Below, piece by piece: positions 26,361 through 38,629 of a DNA stretch of 64,000 nt. Below the pieces are notes generated by a model that saw only the letters and a program-made list of their open reading frames with translations, was not told where the DNA came from and did not search any database. The DNA comes from Ruditapes philippinarum (taxonomy: Eukaryota). The translations under genes and the position numbers were made by a program. Within the stretch, counting starts at the first letter, position 1. Every line of letters begins with the position of its first letter. The stretch is taken from the NCBI RefSeq assembly GCF_026571515.1, contig NW_026857983.1, forward strand, positions 62,001 through 126,000, read 5' to 3'.

Positions 26361-29300
26361 ATGGATAAAGTCCTTAAATTTCTTACAATTATAGTATTTT
26401 TTTTGGCTGCTATATGCATTACTTTTGTTTTGACTATTCTTTGTTCAATGCTGACCACTACTCAAAACGACCATATTTGTCTTCCGAATGAAAATGGACA
26501 GATACATTGTGGAGCAGCTTTAAATCATTTACGTGATTACTTAGACAAGGTAGGTTCATTTTAAAGATAAATATTAAACTTTATACATTGCTATAAACAA
26601 CGATGTTATAACTTAAACTATTTATTATTTAACTATAAATATAACTTTGCATACACATATACAATGTACTTTGTACAATGCGTCATGTAACTTTTGTCAA
26701 GATGGCAATGTTTTATTTCCTTCGTGTTCTTTTTTGTGTGGACAAAATGGGGAAAAATCTTTATTAAAGTAAGCATACGAGGACAAATGCGGGTTTTTTT
26801 TTATTAAAATTCTCGTTTAAAGACACAAAATAACACATGCATTTTCGACTTTCATATAATTTTGGAAGTGTTGTACGGCTAGACAATAAGTGTGTCCTGG
26901 TTAGCCGTACGTGGCACACGTACGACTAGAACTTTTTGCTAGCCGTACGGGCCCGTACGGCTAGCCACTTCCATATATCATTTTCGTGATTACTTCGACA
27001 AGGTATGTTCATTTTTAAAGATAGATATTAAACTTCATACTTTGCCATGGGCAATTATTTTCGAATTATATCAAGAAAAACATTATACAATTAAGGACAA
27101 AGAAGACAAAATGAAATCATTGCAAACTAGAAAAGAAAGGTTTGTTTACAGCATCATTTCAAAGTTTTTTTTGCAGTTGTCTTCCTTACACACGATTTTA
27201 AATCAAACTAGTGTATAAACATAAAAATATCTCTGAATGTATGATACTTTTTAACCTTTAAGATGTAAAATGAAAACCTAATTTTTCTTCTTTCGATGAG
27301 TCAAAATTTCCGTTTCAGTACCTCAGTATATTTCGTACATTCAAGAACCGACCTTTGTTTCTCTCTTGCGTATAACTCATGTTTTTTTTGAGTATTTCAG
27401 AAGAAATATGTTGCCAATATATAATGTGTGCATTTGATTGAAATTCAGAGCATTGATAATGCATATAACGAAATAAGACATAATGATAGAAAGCAACAAC
27501 AGAGGGATTTGGATGAAAACCGAGCCCGTTTGTTACATATAACAGACCAATCGTTCTGGGAAGCAAGGCCTGCTATCCGTTTAGAGGGGAAAGAACAACA
27601 TATCGCGGTAAAAGGTATGAAGCTATTACTTTCAAAATAACATGACACTCCAGACAAGTATGTAAGAAATAAAATATCAATTAAATTGAGTAAGTTTCAG
27701 ATTTGTTTTTATTGTAAATCAAAATTCATTCAAATAAAATGCAATGTACGTCATTAATGATCTTCATGAATTCACAGTAGGTAACTTCCTTTGACATGAC
27801 GTTAAACTCAACTACCCTTGCAGTTACTATGTTAACACACTGACGTACCTATGGGCACAACATGTTCGGTTTTGAAATTACAAAATGTAATAATTAAATA
27901 ATTAATTGCATTTCAAGTATTTTTTCTTATATTCACGAAAGACCGGTTGGACCATTTCAATTTCACGAATTCCCGATTTCATCTACATAAATTTTCTAGA
28001 TCTTCATGAAATCCCGATTTCAACTTCACCAATTCACGATTTCCACTTCATGAATTTACGATTTCAACTTCTCGAAATCACGATTTCAACTTAAAGTTTA
28101 TGAATTCACGATTTCGACTTCACAAATTTCCGATTTAAACTTCATAAATTCACGATTCCACCTTCATGAATTCCCGATTTCAACTTCACGAATTCAAGAT
28201 TTCAACTTGAAATCGTGAATTCACGAAAATGAATTCATGAAGTTGAAATCGTGAATTCGTGAAGTTGAAATCGGGAATTCGCGAAGTTGAAATCGTGAAT
28301 TTGAAATCGTGAAAATTCATGAAGATAAAATCAGGAATTCATGAAGTTGAAATGTCTTTCGTAAATATAAATCACATATTTACATGTACACAATGTATTC
28401 AGGTATAAAAAACAACTGATCTTTAACGCGCTACGATTTCGTGTTTAGTTAATAGAGGATATTGAATGAGTGTAAGTTTAATACTGAATTTATTGAACGA
28501 GTTGAATAAAATTATATTATGCGAGCATCAATAAATTCAGTAATGAACACACACAAATTCAATATTCTTTCTTGCATATCAGACAGGATTATCCATCGTT
28601 TACACCGTAGTCTTTCACCCCATGGCAAACAAGTCGCGTGCTTTAAATGACGTCATTGCCGCGCACCTTTATGAATGAATTGCGTTCTTAGGGTGTTATG
28701 AATGAAGTTGTGATAAGTTCAAACGCTTCCTTAAGAAAAAAGTTCCAAATGCTTTCGTAATTTCTGTGCTAAAAATAATTGATATGTAATATGCAAGAAA
28801 AAGAATAAAATACCGGCTGTCAGTACAGACTGAAATATCTAGCTCTCGGGTACCGTAGGGTGAACAATAGCGTTTTCGTGCGTGCGTTTTTCGTATATCG
28901 TGCGTGCATATCTCCTGCAACGTACGTTTGATAAGACGCTTTCTCAAGAGGGCATCGTTTACAAGCGTTTAACGTTGATCGTTTGTTTGAAAGCTGCGTT
29001 TGTTGATTCCTGAAACGTTTAGCGTGCGTCTGCGTTCTTCTAAACGTTTCAGTACCGTGTTTTGCGTGGGTTAAAATTGTGAAGTTAAAGAATATCTTAG
29101 ATAGAGCTAAAGTTGTTTAAAACTTATATGTTTACGATTTTATTAAACGTTTAGAAACGTTTTTATTATGCGTGCGTTTTAGCTTGCGTATATCGTTTAG
29201 CGTATTTCGTTAAGCGTATATCGTTTAGCGTGCGTCCGCGTATTTCGTTTAATAAAGCATGCGTGTAGCGTTCAGTCGTATAGCGTGTAATGCACGTGCG

Positions 29301-29987
29301 TTTTTTCCAGAGCGTGCGTTTTGCGTGTTAACTGAAACGCTCACCCTCGGCAGAGTCTCGTTACCGCCTTAAGCAGTTACCCTCGAGCTAGATATTCCGG
29401 TCTGTACCGGCAGCCAGTGCAAGATTCTTATTATCTATGACATGCCAAAAATAAAAAATAATAATAATAAAGACAAAAAGAAGAAAAAGATAAAATAGAA
29501 TGAAATTCAATGAAATGTAATCAATTTTATTTCAGCTGAAAAAGATAAAGATACTGAAATGGTTTCAATCAGAGAATGGTTGCATAACCGAGAGGAAATA
29601 AATGTCACAAATGCGTTTTCACAAAACAGAGTACGGTACAGAAACGGTCGTATTGTTGTACCAGTCGATGGGACATACTTTCTTTATTCATTGCTTGATT
29701 TTCTTGAAGTTTGCGATCCCTCAACTGGAAAGCCAAATATAAGAGCATCACACAAACCTATAAAGCATGCCCTTTATAAATTCAATATTTTAGAAATGGC
29801 GGAAATTGAAATTGTTTCAAACTTGCAACCCCATCAAGTTTCAGAGAACAAATATTACAATTCGTACAGTAGCTATGTTTCTACTGTAGCCAGGCTTAAA
29901 GCAGGTGACGAAATTTCAGTAAAGGTCAGCAATATATCGTATCTGCAATACACCAAAGATAACTCCTTTGGCCTATATCTCATATGA
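26361..29987 (+). CDS. TNF-superfamily ligand, type II membrane protein, 268 aa
   Basis: Exons 26361-26549 (TM: FLTIIVFFLAAICITFVLTIL), 27449-27614 (stalk, FWEARPAIRL) and 29536-29987 (NGRIVVPVDGTYFLYS...LKAGDEISVKVSN..NSFGLYLI). GT-AG, phases 0/1, no stops; AATAAA at 30139. Confidence 0.92.
26863..26972. repeat. Small palindromic element with perfect 28-bp palindrome
   Basis: GCTAGCCGTACGGGCCCGTACGGCTAGC at 26938-26965; ends GGAAGTG...CACTTCC. Confidence 0.8.
27927..28370. mobile_element. Foldback element made of inverted ~21-bp minisatellite arrays
   Basis: TIR TTATATTCACGAAAGAC / GTCTTTCGTAAATATAA; unit CACGATTTCAACTTCATGAATT runs forward to ~28207 and then as reverse complement. Confidence 0.85.
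28449..29432 (+). mobile_element. Hairpin-ended non-autonomous element (same type as 25082) with nested MITE
   Basis: Inverted arms 28815-28845 / 29385-29415, separated by an insert at 28857-29347. Confidence 0.6.
28857..29347. mobile_element. GCGT-rich MITE
   Basis: Short TIR AGGGTGA.C / GCTCACCCT; interior of GCGTGCGTTT repeats. Confidence 0.6.
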
Positions 29988-30154
29988 ATCTTTCATCCGG
30001 TTTTTAAGTTCCGCATAGATGTATGATTTCAAATGTTGTCAATATAATTGTAGTTTGATTTTTTAATTACTGTATTGTCGTTTACCACCTAAAAGCCAGT
30101 GGTACATGTAGCTCCAATTACTGTTGAACATGAAATTTAATAAAGATCTATATA

Positions 30155-31133
30155 AGCTGCAGTCTCACTTACTCCCGGCAGAGCCCAGTACCACCCCGGT
30201 AAGTTACTGGGATAATCCGGGACGATCGGGGATGAAATTATTGTTGCGGTCACACTTACCCCGGCAGCACTACGGTAATTCCCAACTTACCACCCAGGAT
30301 GCGCTCCGGACGATCCAGGCAGAGACCAGGTGAAGCTACGGTTCATGCCGGTGCTTCACCGGTCGTTCTAGGATGACACCGGCAGGGCCCCGGTTGACCC
30401 AGGCACAGCCCCAGTCGATCCAGACAGAACCCAGGACAATCCCGGTAGAACCCCGGCAGATTGAAAATGCGTGAAAAAGGTTGATACATAATTTTCATTT
30501 AATAAAATGGACAGTAGTAATTCATGATGATCTTCTGAATAATCCTTATGCAAGACCGGACAGAAGGGAAATGGGGAAGAACTTTAATTAATACAAACAA
30601 GTGCAGTCATCGCAAATTGTCGTGATTCTTTTGAAATGAGCCGGGCCTTGCCGGGGCCCTACCGGGATCAAACGTAGGTCCATCGTCATTCTCCGGGACT
30701 CTGACGGCATCCTACGGGCATCTGCCGGTATTCACCGGGGCTCTGCCGGCATCCTCCGGGGCTCTGCCGGTATTCACCGGGGCTCTGCCGGCATTCACCG
30801 ATGTTGTACCGAAGCTCTACCGGCTATATCATACCCGGCCAATCCCCGGTTTGTGCCGGCAGAGCTACAGTGCTTCCCCGGTGTAACCCTGGTCGTTCCT
30901 GGCAGAGCTAAGGATGAGGCCGGCACAGTTATACTTCCCGGATCACCCCGGACCACCCCGGTGATATTGGGGCGTGGGTCGAATGCCGGATGTTCCCGGA
31001 TCATACCGGACGTTGCCTGCAGAGTTGCTGATGTACTCCTGATCCCGGTCGTACCCCGATTGTTCCCGGATCACCCCGGACATCTACCGCGACTCTGTCA
31101 GGGCTCTGGCGGGATGTAAGTGAAACTGTAGCT
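30155..31133. mobile_element. GC-rich PIF/Harbinger-type MITE
   Basis: TIR AGCTGCAGTCTCACTTAC..CAGAGCCC vs GGGCTCTG..GTAAGTGAAACTGTAGCT; flanks ATA/TTA; internal CCGGGGCTCTGCCGG repeats. Confidence 0.85.
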
Positions 31134-31199
31134 TTATCACCAGATGTAATATTTTCATTCAAAAAAGATGTAACAACTCTTGTCAACGAGTGAAATTGA

Positions 31200-31560
31200 A
31201 TTTGATCGTACGTTTAATACACTTCCCTTGTTACTGATGTGCTGTATTTAATGAATGAAGTATAAAATGCAGCAATCGTACATCCCTTCGTGTTCTTTAG
31301 AGGCGACTAAATGGGTTGGAATAACTAGTCTATGCAACTCTTAGCCCCAGCAGGTGAGTTTGGTTTTGACCCCTGGTGTTAGCGTTAAGTTTGTAACACG
31401 CTAGGTTATCAAAATTCATCTTCCCCGTTTCGGCGCAATATAACCTATACCTTGTTGATGCGCCGTAAAACCAACCAACCAACAAAACAACCAACACACC
31501 CATCAACAAACAAACACACCCAGTCACCTACCCACCAAGCCACATACCCACCAACCAATG
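31200..31560 (+). mobile_element. SINE-like remnant with (CCAA)n tail
   Basis: ATCCCTTCGTGTTCTTTAGAGGCGACTAAATGGG motif and tail GCGCCGTAAAACCAACCAACC. Confidence 0.45.
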
Positions 31561-32507
31561 TTGGCTTAGTCATGTTTCTGCTTGTAATATTGTATAATTG
31601 TTTTGAAATTTGGAAATCGGATTATCATAATAATTATACAACTCTGACCATTGATTTGAATAACAATAGATTTAAACACAAACATTGACATGTGCTCTTT
31701 AACTATTCTTTAACGTCTCATGACTTATCCCTTTAGACAGATGTTTTATATTCTCAGTGAGAGAAAGAAATACGAAATCGTAGAATTGTCTTAAAATATG
31801 AAACGATTCTTTACATTGGCGATGCGTATGTCTAACCGTTTTTTTATTCTTCTGCTTTGTACGCATATCAAATAAACTATTTTTAAGTATGTGATAAAAA
31901 TAATATTCTTGTAACTTTTTATAATGAAAAAATTGTTAAACAATGATAATGACCTAAGTACTGTTGTACTAAGTGCTATTGTGATTCGAAAAGTTTATAA
32001 TATGAACGACATATATACTGCCACTCCTTATATTTAACGTCGCAAATATCCCCGTCTTTTCATTTGTGTACCCAGCTTTAGAATATATACCCAAATCTTT
32101 ACATCTTAAAATACATATTTAAAAATACCGACTGAATACAATTTGTTATGTTAGGGGTATTGAATTACATGGGTATAGATATAGGACAGATACTATGCTT
32201 TAATTTAAACCATACAATACCATTGATAATAGATAAGGTATGAGCTCATGATCAGTGTTTTCATTATAGTACTTTGTATGGGTAATCACCCTGAATCACA
32301 ATTTAAATTTAAACATTCCTGAAATCCAATAACGCAAATGACATTTCAACTTGTATGTGATATAGTACTGCATCTTTGTTTACGTCGTATATTATGCTTT
32401 TTTCATTCAGTGAAACATGATACGCAGTAAAACATGACTAATATAAAAAGTAACCATACCTCGTTAGGATGTTTATTACTGACGGTTTTCTTAGTTTAAA
32501 TTACCAT

Positions 32508-32952
32508 GCCCCGTGTTCACAAAGATTTAAGGATCAGGATCAAGATCAGGATCAAATTTAAAAACTTGAATATTCTCCATTATTTATCCTCTTAAATTGA
32601 ATTTTCAGTATTAACTTGATAAAACTGGACTTGAAATATCAGGTTTATGAAATTTTAGAATGAATTTATTGTTATTTTTACAAGAAATAGGTATTTTACA
32701 GTTGATCCAAATTTTGATCTTGATCCTAAAATTGATCCTCATTTTGATCCGTTTATTTTTGCATTTGTTCTCTTATTTGTTGATTTTATCCCATAATTGG
32801 ATGGTTTCTTTGCAAATAAGCAATTATATATATTTTGAATATGTTCCATTTGATTCTAGCATATTACGGTCAGTTTTAGTTTTATAAAACAATGAAAATA
32901 AAATCAGGATCAACTGATCCTGATCCTGATATTTTCTTTGTGAACACGGGGC
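32508..32952. mobile_element. Harbinger-type MITE with CAT target duplication
   Basis: Perfect TIR GCCCCGTGTTCACAAAGA / TCTTTGTGAACACGGGGC; CAT on both flanks; GATCAG subterminal repeats. Confidence 0.9.
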
Positions 32953-34254
32953 CATCATAAGATCATTTAAAAAATAATGACTCTAGTGTGCGTTCACAAG
33001 TAGATAACTTGTGTTTTTTTAAACAATTTGCCTTTCTTTTCTCAAAAGTAACTACGTTTTATACTTTTAATGAATGCGTGCAACACTAGTAAACATTCGT
33101 TGTATCAAATTACTTGCTGACCACATGTTTTCGTGTTTTTATCATAATTCACAATAACAAAATACTCACTGTAATTTAAAATACGGAACTTAGATAATCA
33201 TTTGATAGTATGACAAAGATGCGTGAATAAGATGAATATATAGTTCGTTCCTAAATGTCAATCAATTTTTCTTCTTTCTACATGTAATATTGTCTTCAAT
33301 TCTAAAAGCAGTGATCACGTAAAAGCATTATGATACCAAAGGAAACACCCTTTTTAAAAAAAAGTCCCAAATCGGATGTCATGGAATAGAAAAGTAGTGG
33401 ACCAAAAAATATCGTGAACCAGCTGATATTATTACCCCTCACTTTTTCCGTATCAAATGTTAATTTCCCATAGGCCTCTGGGAGTTATTCTAAATATTAA
33501 CGCAAGTGTACCACGTGACTAAGAAATTAGAAATTTTTACTGTTACATAAGTAAAAGTACTTTTTAACATTAAACTATCTGGTCACCTGGTCTATTTTCT
33601 AAATAAAATAAAATAAAGTGGTCGCCATTTTTTATGGATTCATTCTTATTTTCGAAGTTCCCCACGATAGGGCATCAACAGAGTTACTATGACACCCATA
33701 ACATTTAGTTGTTTGCACCCTAGATTGCTTTTCGCGTATAAAATATCTTTTTTTGAATAGTAAAAATAGAAACATCCATCTATCGGAAGAAATTGAAATG
33801 TGTATAATTATGTACCAGTTTTAATTATGTGCCAAACTGGAACATGCAGACGATTAAAGCATGCAACAAACTGATTATTTAACAATTTTAATCAGTGAAA
33901 CATTACAGATATGGTAGGCAGACATTGGATATCATCGTTATTTTGTAATTAATTTTAAAAACATTCAAAGAATATCATGGATACAGAAGGATCAGATTTC
34001 ATAGATCATAACCGTATAAATGGGTTTGTGTTTTGTTTTCTAAATAAAACACAGCTTATTGTATGTTTATGACTGGTAGATAGCATCACTTGCTTAAAGA
34101 ATAAAAGAAAATAACTTCTCAAGTAGGCCCAAAGTACACTTAAAACTTGCAAGGTAAGGACAATTTAGTTATTATTATTCTTGGTTTACTTTTGTTACAG
34201 TTAGATTTAGTTGACAATTTCAGATTATCAAGTATTTGTTCGGGGTAATAAAAT

Positions 34255-34389
34255 AAATAACACATGAGTAACAGTATAAATATCATCCCTCGTTAAAATA
34301 CTGTTAAAATACCTCGGCTAACATTTCGGGCAACAGTATTTTGCTCGGGATGATATTTTTACTGTTACCCACAAACTCATGTGTTATTT
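34255..34389. repeat. Hairpin mini-element
   Basis: AAATAACACATGAGT / ACTCATGTGTTATTT plus inner arms TAACAGTA.AAATATCATCCC / GGGATGATATTTTTACTGTTA. Confidence 0.75.
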
Positions 34390-34611
34390 ATATGGTTACG
34401 CGTACAAATGGCCACAACACCAACATATTTAATATTTATCTTTGTAATTTTACCTCATTGAGGTGTGGCTTTATTTGTACACTGCTAAGTTATCGAACCT
34501 TGACACGTAATTATGACATGTTTTCCTAAAAAAAAAAAATGATGATTTTGAATGCGGAAAAAGTAATGATTTAATAATTGAACATTTAAAACAAATTCGA
34601 AACAGAGCATG

Positions 34612-35048
34612 CAACATTTTCAATTTTGCCGTGTTGGGCTTTCTTAAGGTAATCTTATTTTCTCTATTTTATCGCCACAACAGCGTTGTGCGTGTCATGT
34701 GGAGGCTGTAAAAAGTCGCCCCGAACATTCAGTCAGAGATGTTATGTTTCCGATCCTTAAAGGTCGTTCAGCACGACATTTTTGTTGTGCTTGTGGTAAT
34801 TTAGTTCTTTCTATTCGGCTTTTACCTTGTTGGGTGGTTTTATTATTCTTCACTTGAATACTGTTGAATCACCCTTTGGAAATGTGGCCTGCTTTTTAAA
34901 TTTGTCATTTGACGGGGGGGGGGGGGCGTGGACGGTAGTTTGCAATTGACAGTACCGTCTATGAACAGACTCAATCATACTAAGCCTGTAACATTTTCAA
35001 TTTTGCCGTGTTGGGGTTTCTTTAGTGATTCTTATTTTCTCTATTTTT
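34612..35048 (+). repeat. ~58-bp direct repeats flanking a ~320-bp core
   Basis: AACATTTTCAATTTTGCCGTGTTGGG..TCTTATTTTCTCTATTTT at 34612 and 34990; third copy at ~44992. Confidence 0.75.
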
Positions 35049-36152
35049 TGATACTATCATATATTTTACAAGTTTGTTGTATTTCTGTCTGAACTTGCAT
35101 TTAGGATAGGGTATTTGTTTTTTTAAATACCTCATATAAAACATTTGGTTACACAATTTCAAGGTATTTAGAAATTATTGTTAAAAAGTTCTGTTTTGTC
35201 GTTACATTCGAAACAAATTGTTGTGAAATATGTATAGTTTGTTATGAAAAAGCTTGTTTGCAAAATATTTAAATTAAGGTTTTTGTTTATTTAGTTAACG
35301 CTCTCGTATTAGACCTATATGTATTAGTTTCTCAATTTACAACCTACGTGAAATCGTTTTATAATAAACAAAAATATCCGTAGATATAATGAAAGCCCGC
35401 ACAGTCTTACAGCCGTAAACAAAGTCCGCTTTTAGGAGTTCAACGCAATCGTAGATCAAGTTTACATTAAATGTTAAGATAAGAAGTAAAACAGTCATCC
35501 TAATTTTTTAATATTTGAAATTTAAACCAAATTACGAATAAGTTCACATAGTCACAACATATTTTGCAAAGTGCACACCTTTTTTCATAAATTTACCCTT
35601 GAAGTATGAATATAAAAAAATATAAAAAAATATTTTCATAAAGTCATTCATTAATCGGATGAATTGTTGTACAGGTTAACTGGCACAATTTAAAAGAAAA
35701 TTGATATGCAGAAATGTTACGTAATGCAACCTGTCATAAGTGTCTGGTTGCCTGCCTATCTATATTTAAGTAGCTTCAATACTTATTCAAACCTGTTTTG
35801 AAAGGGGAATCATCAGAAATTATAACAATCTTAATTTATATTGTATGGGAAACCAAACAATTTTAAAAATAGTTATGACAAACATTCATACCAATGATAT
35901 GTATTGTATTTCATATTAAGATTTTTTGATAACCACAGTGAACTAATCATATTACGTTTTTAGCGATTATGTCATTCTCAATAATTACAGTCAAATTTCC
36001 TTTTTATATAAATAGATAGCTTTAAGTTAGCTTTAAAAAGAAAATTACACTAGGAAAAAAATTAAAGATCATAAGGTAGCCAATCAGTTTATCAATTTAA
36101 AAGCTGAATATATACATACGATTACCAAAACTTTGTTTAAAAAGTTCATGTA

Positions 36153-37461
36153 ATGGTGTTATGTAACAAGTATGACAGAACACTTAATTTCTTATCCCTA
36201 TTCGTATTATTTCTTGCACTTATTTGTCTCACTGGAGTAATTATCCTTATCTGTAAAGTGCCAGGTTTTCAAACAATGACAGGAACTAAAAATACGTGTC
36301 TTCGCAATGCAAATAGACTAAAATGTAAAACATCCAGTGATTTAATAACCGAACATTTAGAAAAGGTAAGCTAATTTCTTTCTGTAAGTTAATTTATTTT
36401 AATTTTTGTAATTTTCTTACAACACATTTCAGTTCATATGAAAAAAAAAAACCGTTAAAAACCTCAGAATTTTACATTTTCAAAATATAAGTTATTGTGT
36501 TTACTGCATTTTCCATATCTAGTTTTATCTCATACATATTGCATATCAGAAATTGAATATAAATGTACTGTAATGTTAAGTAGCAAAAATCTGTTTTATA
36601 TATAGCTGCACTGTGTTTCTTGTTTTATGATATGTAACTAAAATCAAATATTAATGCTTAGAGCATTTCCAAAGCATATGTTGAGGTGAAAAGGAAAGAT
36701 ACAGAGCTACAACAGAAATATTTAGAAGACAATAGATTACGTTTGATGGGAATATCGGACCAAACGTTCTGGGAGGCAAAGCCTGCTGCAAGAATAACAG
36801 GAAAAGAACAAAGCCATATACACAAAGGTAGTCATAATTAACTAAAATTTTGTTGAACAAATCAATTATCAATGTCAGATCATTCTTCTATTAACACATT
36901 GCATTCAAAACTTTCTTTTTTTGACAAATTAAACTTACAATCAATAGATGATACTTTATCCTCATGTAATATTCAAATAGTAAAAGTAATAGTTAAATCA
37001 GAAAATTTTATAATTCAGATGACAAGAGTCTTGGCATGGTACCAATTAGAGAATGGAGGCATGGTAAAAAACTTCATGACTCAAATGGATATTTACGATA
37101 TGGGGTACGATACAGACACGGTCGTCTTGTTGTACCAGTAGATGGAACCTACTTTTTGTATTCATTTCTTGATTTCTTCGAGTCATGTGATTCGTCAACT
37201 GGCACACCAAAAGTTGTGAACATCAATATTGCGATCAAACATGCAATTTATAAAGTCAATATATATGATAAAGCCGAAACAGAAATTATTTCAAACGTTC
37301 AACCTCACCATATCTCAAAGAACAAGTATTATAATTCATATAGTAGCTATGTGTCTACTATTGCTATTCTAAAAGCAGGTGACGAGGTTTCAGTTAAGGT
37401 CAGTAATATAACGTACTTGCGATACACAAAAGATAATTCTTTTGGACTTTACCTTATATGA
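36153..37461 (+). CDS. TNF-superfamily ligand, type II membrane protein, 273 aa
   Basis: Exons 36153-36365 (TM FLSLFVLFLALICLTGVIILI), 36662-36827 (166 nt, same length as the paralog; FWEAKPAARI) and 37019-37461 (TNF domain). GT-AG, phases 0/1, no stops. Confidence 0.93.
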
Positions 37462-38543
37462 ATCCGCGGTCCTCTGCCGCAAGTGATATCTTTAATTGTA
37501 CATTTATTAAACAAATGTTTTGAAAAAAATGCTGACCTTTATGATATGTAATCAAGCAAGCTCATATATTCTACCTTTTCAAGTCAGTATATCATTTGGT
37601 TTAAACAATATTTATTTTCAATAAATTGATTACATAATATATCATACAAAGTACACAAGAATAATTACAGAGCGATTTTACATTAAAACTAAACTAAAAT
37701 GTATACAGAAATTATTAGGTGTGCTAAACATGTAAACTATCAGAATAGAGGAGAAAGCTAAAAGCTTGTGCTATCATTTACTGACCGTTATTATTTTTTT
37801 TGCAAAATTACTTTGCATAAGTAGATGCGAAATCAAAATATATTGAACTCATTGGAGACTAACATCTTTAGGAATTATTTGATGGTTCTGAAAAACATGC
37901 AAAAAACCTTATTCAGCGAACTATTCAGTGCATGATTATGTTACAAATATTATTTAATGATAACATAGTTTGAATAATATATGTTAAGTATTTTGTCAAA
38001 AGATGTAGAAAAAAGCTTGATGTAATAATTAAAATTGTTAATGCAGCTGTCTTTTGACAGATAATTAAGTCCACATAAGAATGCAATATGATTTTATTTC
38101 ACATTAAGCAAGTTTTGAATTTTATTGTGAAATGACGCTTGCATGACATATTTTCATATTTATATGCTGATGTTTGAATAAAGAATTATTTCTAATCAAA
38201 GATTAATTACCGTATACCATTAATTTTTTGCCATTTGAACAGTTGTTAGTTTACACATATATATGTTTATCATTTTCTTGAATATATTGTCATGGTAAAT
38301 TATAAAAGACATATAAAAAATGCAACAAATACATGTAATACTCTTGGAACCAGACGTCCGAAGCCCTCTCCCCCATCCTTCCTCGAAAATATATCTTCCC
38401 TGGTACAACCTTATGTCGAGCACATTCTATCACTTAGTTTTCCTGAGTATATATACTGCAAAATGTTTAAATCTTGTTGTAATATTCTACAGATGCTAAT
38501 ATAAACAACAGGTTTTTCAGTTTCATATTAGCATTTGAAAGAC

Positions 38544-38629
38544 ACGTTATGGCTGAGTAGCAAACACATTTTTAATTCTTTAGAAAACGTTATGGCTGAG
38601 TAGCAAACACATTTTTAATTCTTTAGAAA
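38544..38629 (+). repeat. 43-bp tandem duplication
   Basis: ACGTTATGGCTGAGTAGCAAACACATTTTTAATTCTTTAGAAA x2. Confidence 0.9.

Noticed and set aside
30124-31186. Five overlapping ORFs
   Set aside because: Products of a GC-rich MITE with few stops; no domain.
35800-36005. NF-kB sites upstream of TNF
   Set aside because: GGGGAATCAT, GGGAAACCAA and CAAATTTCCC do not fit GGGRNNYYCC fully.
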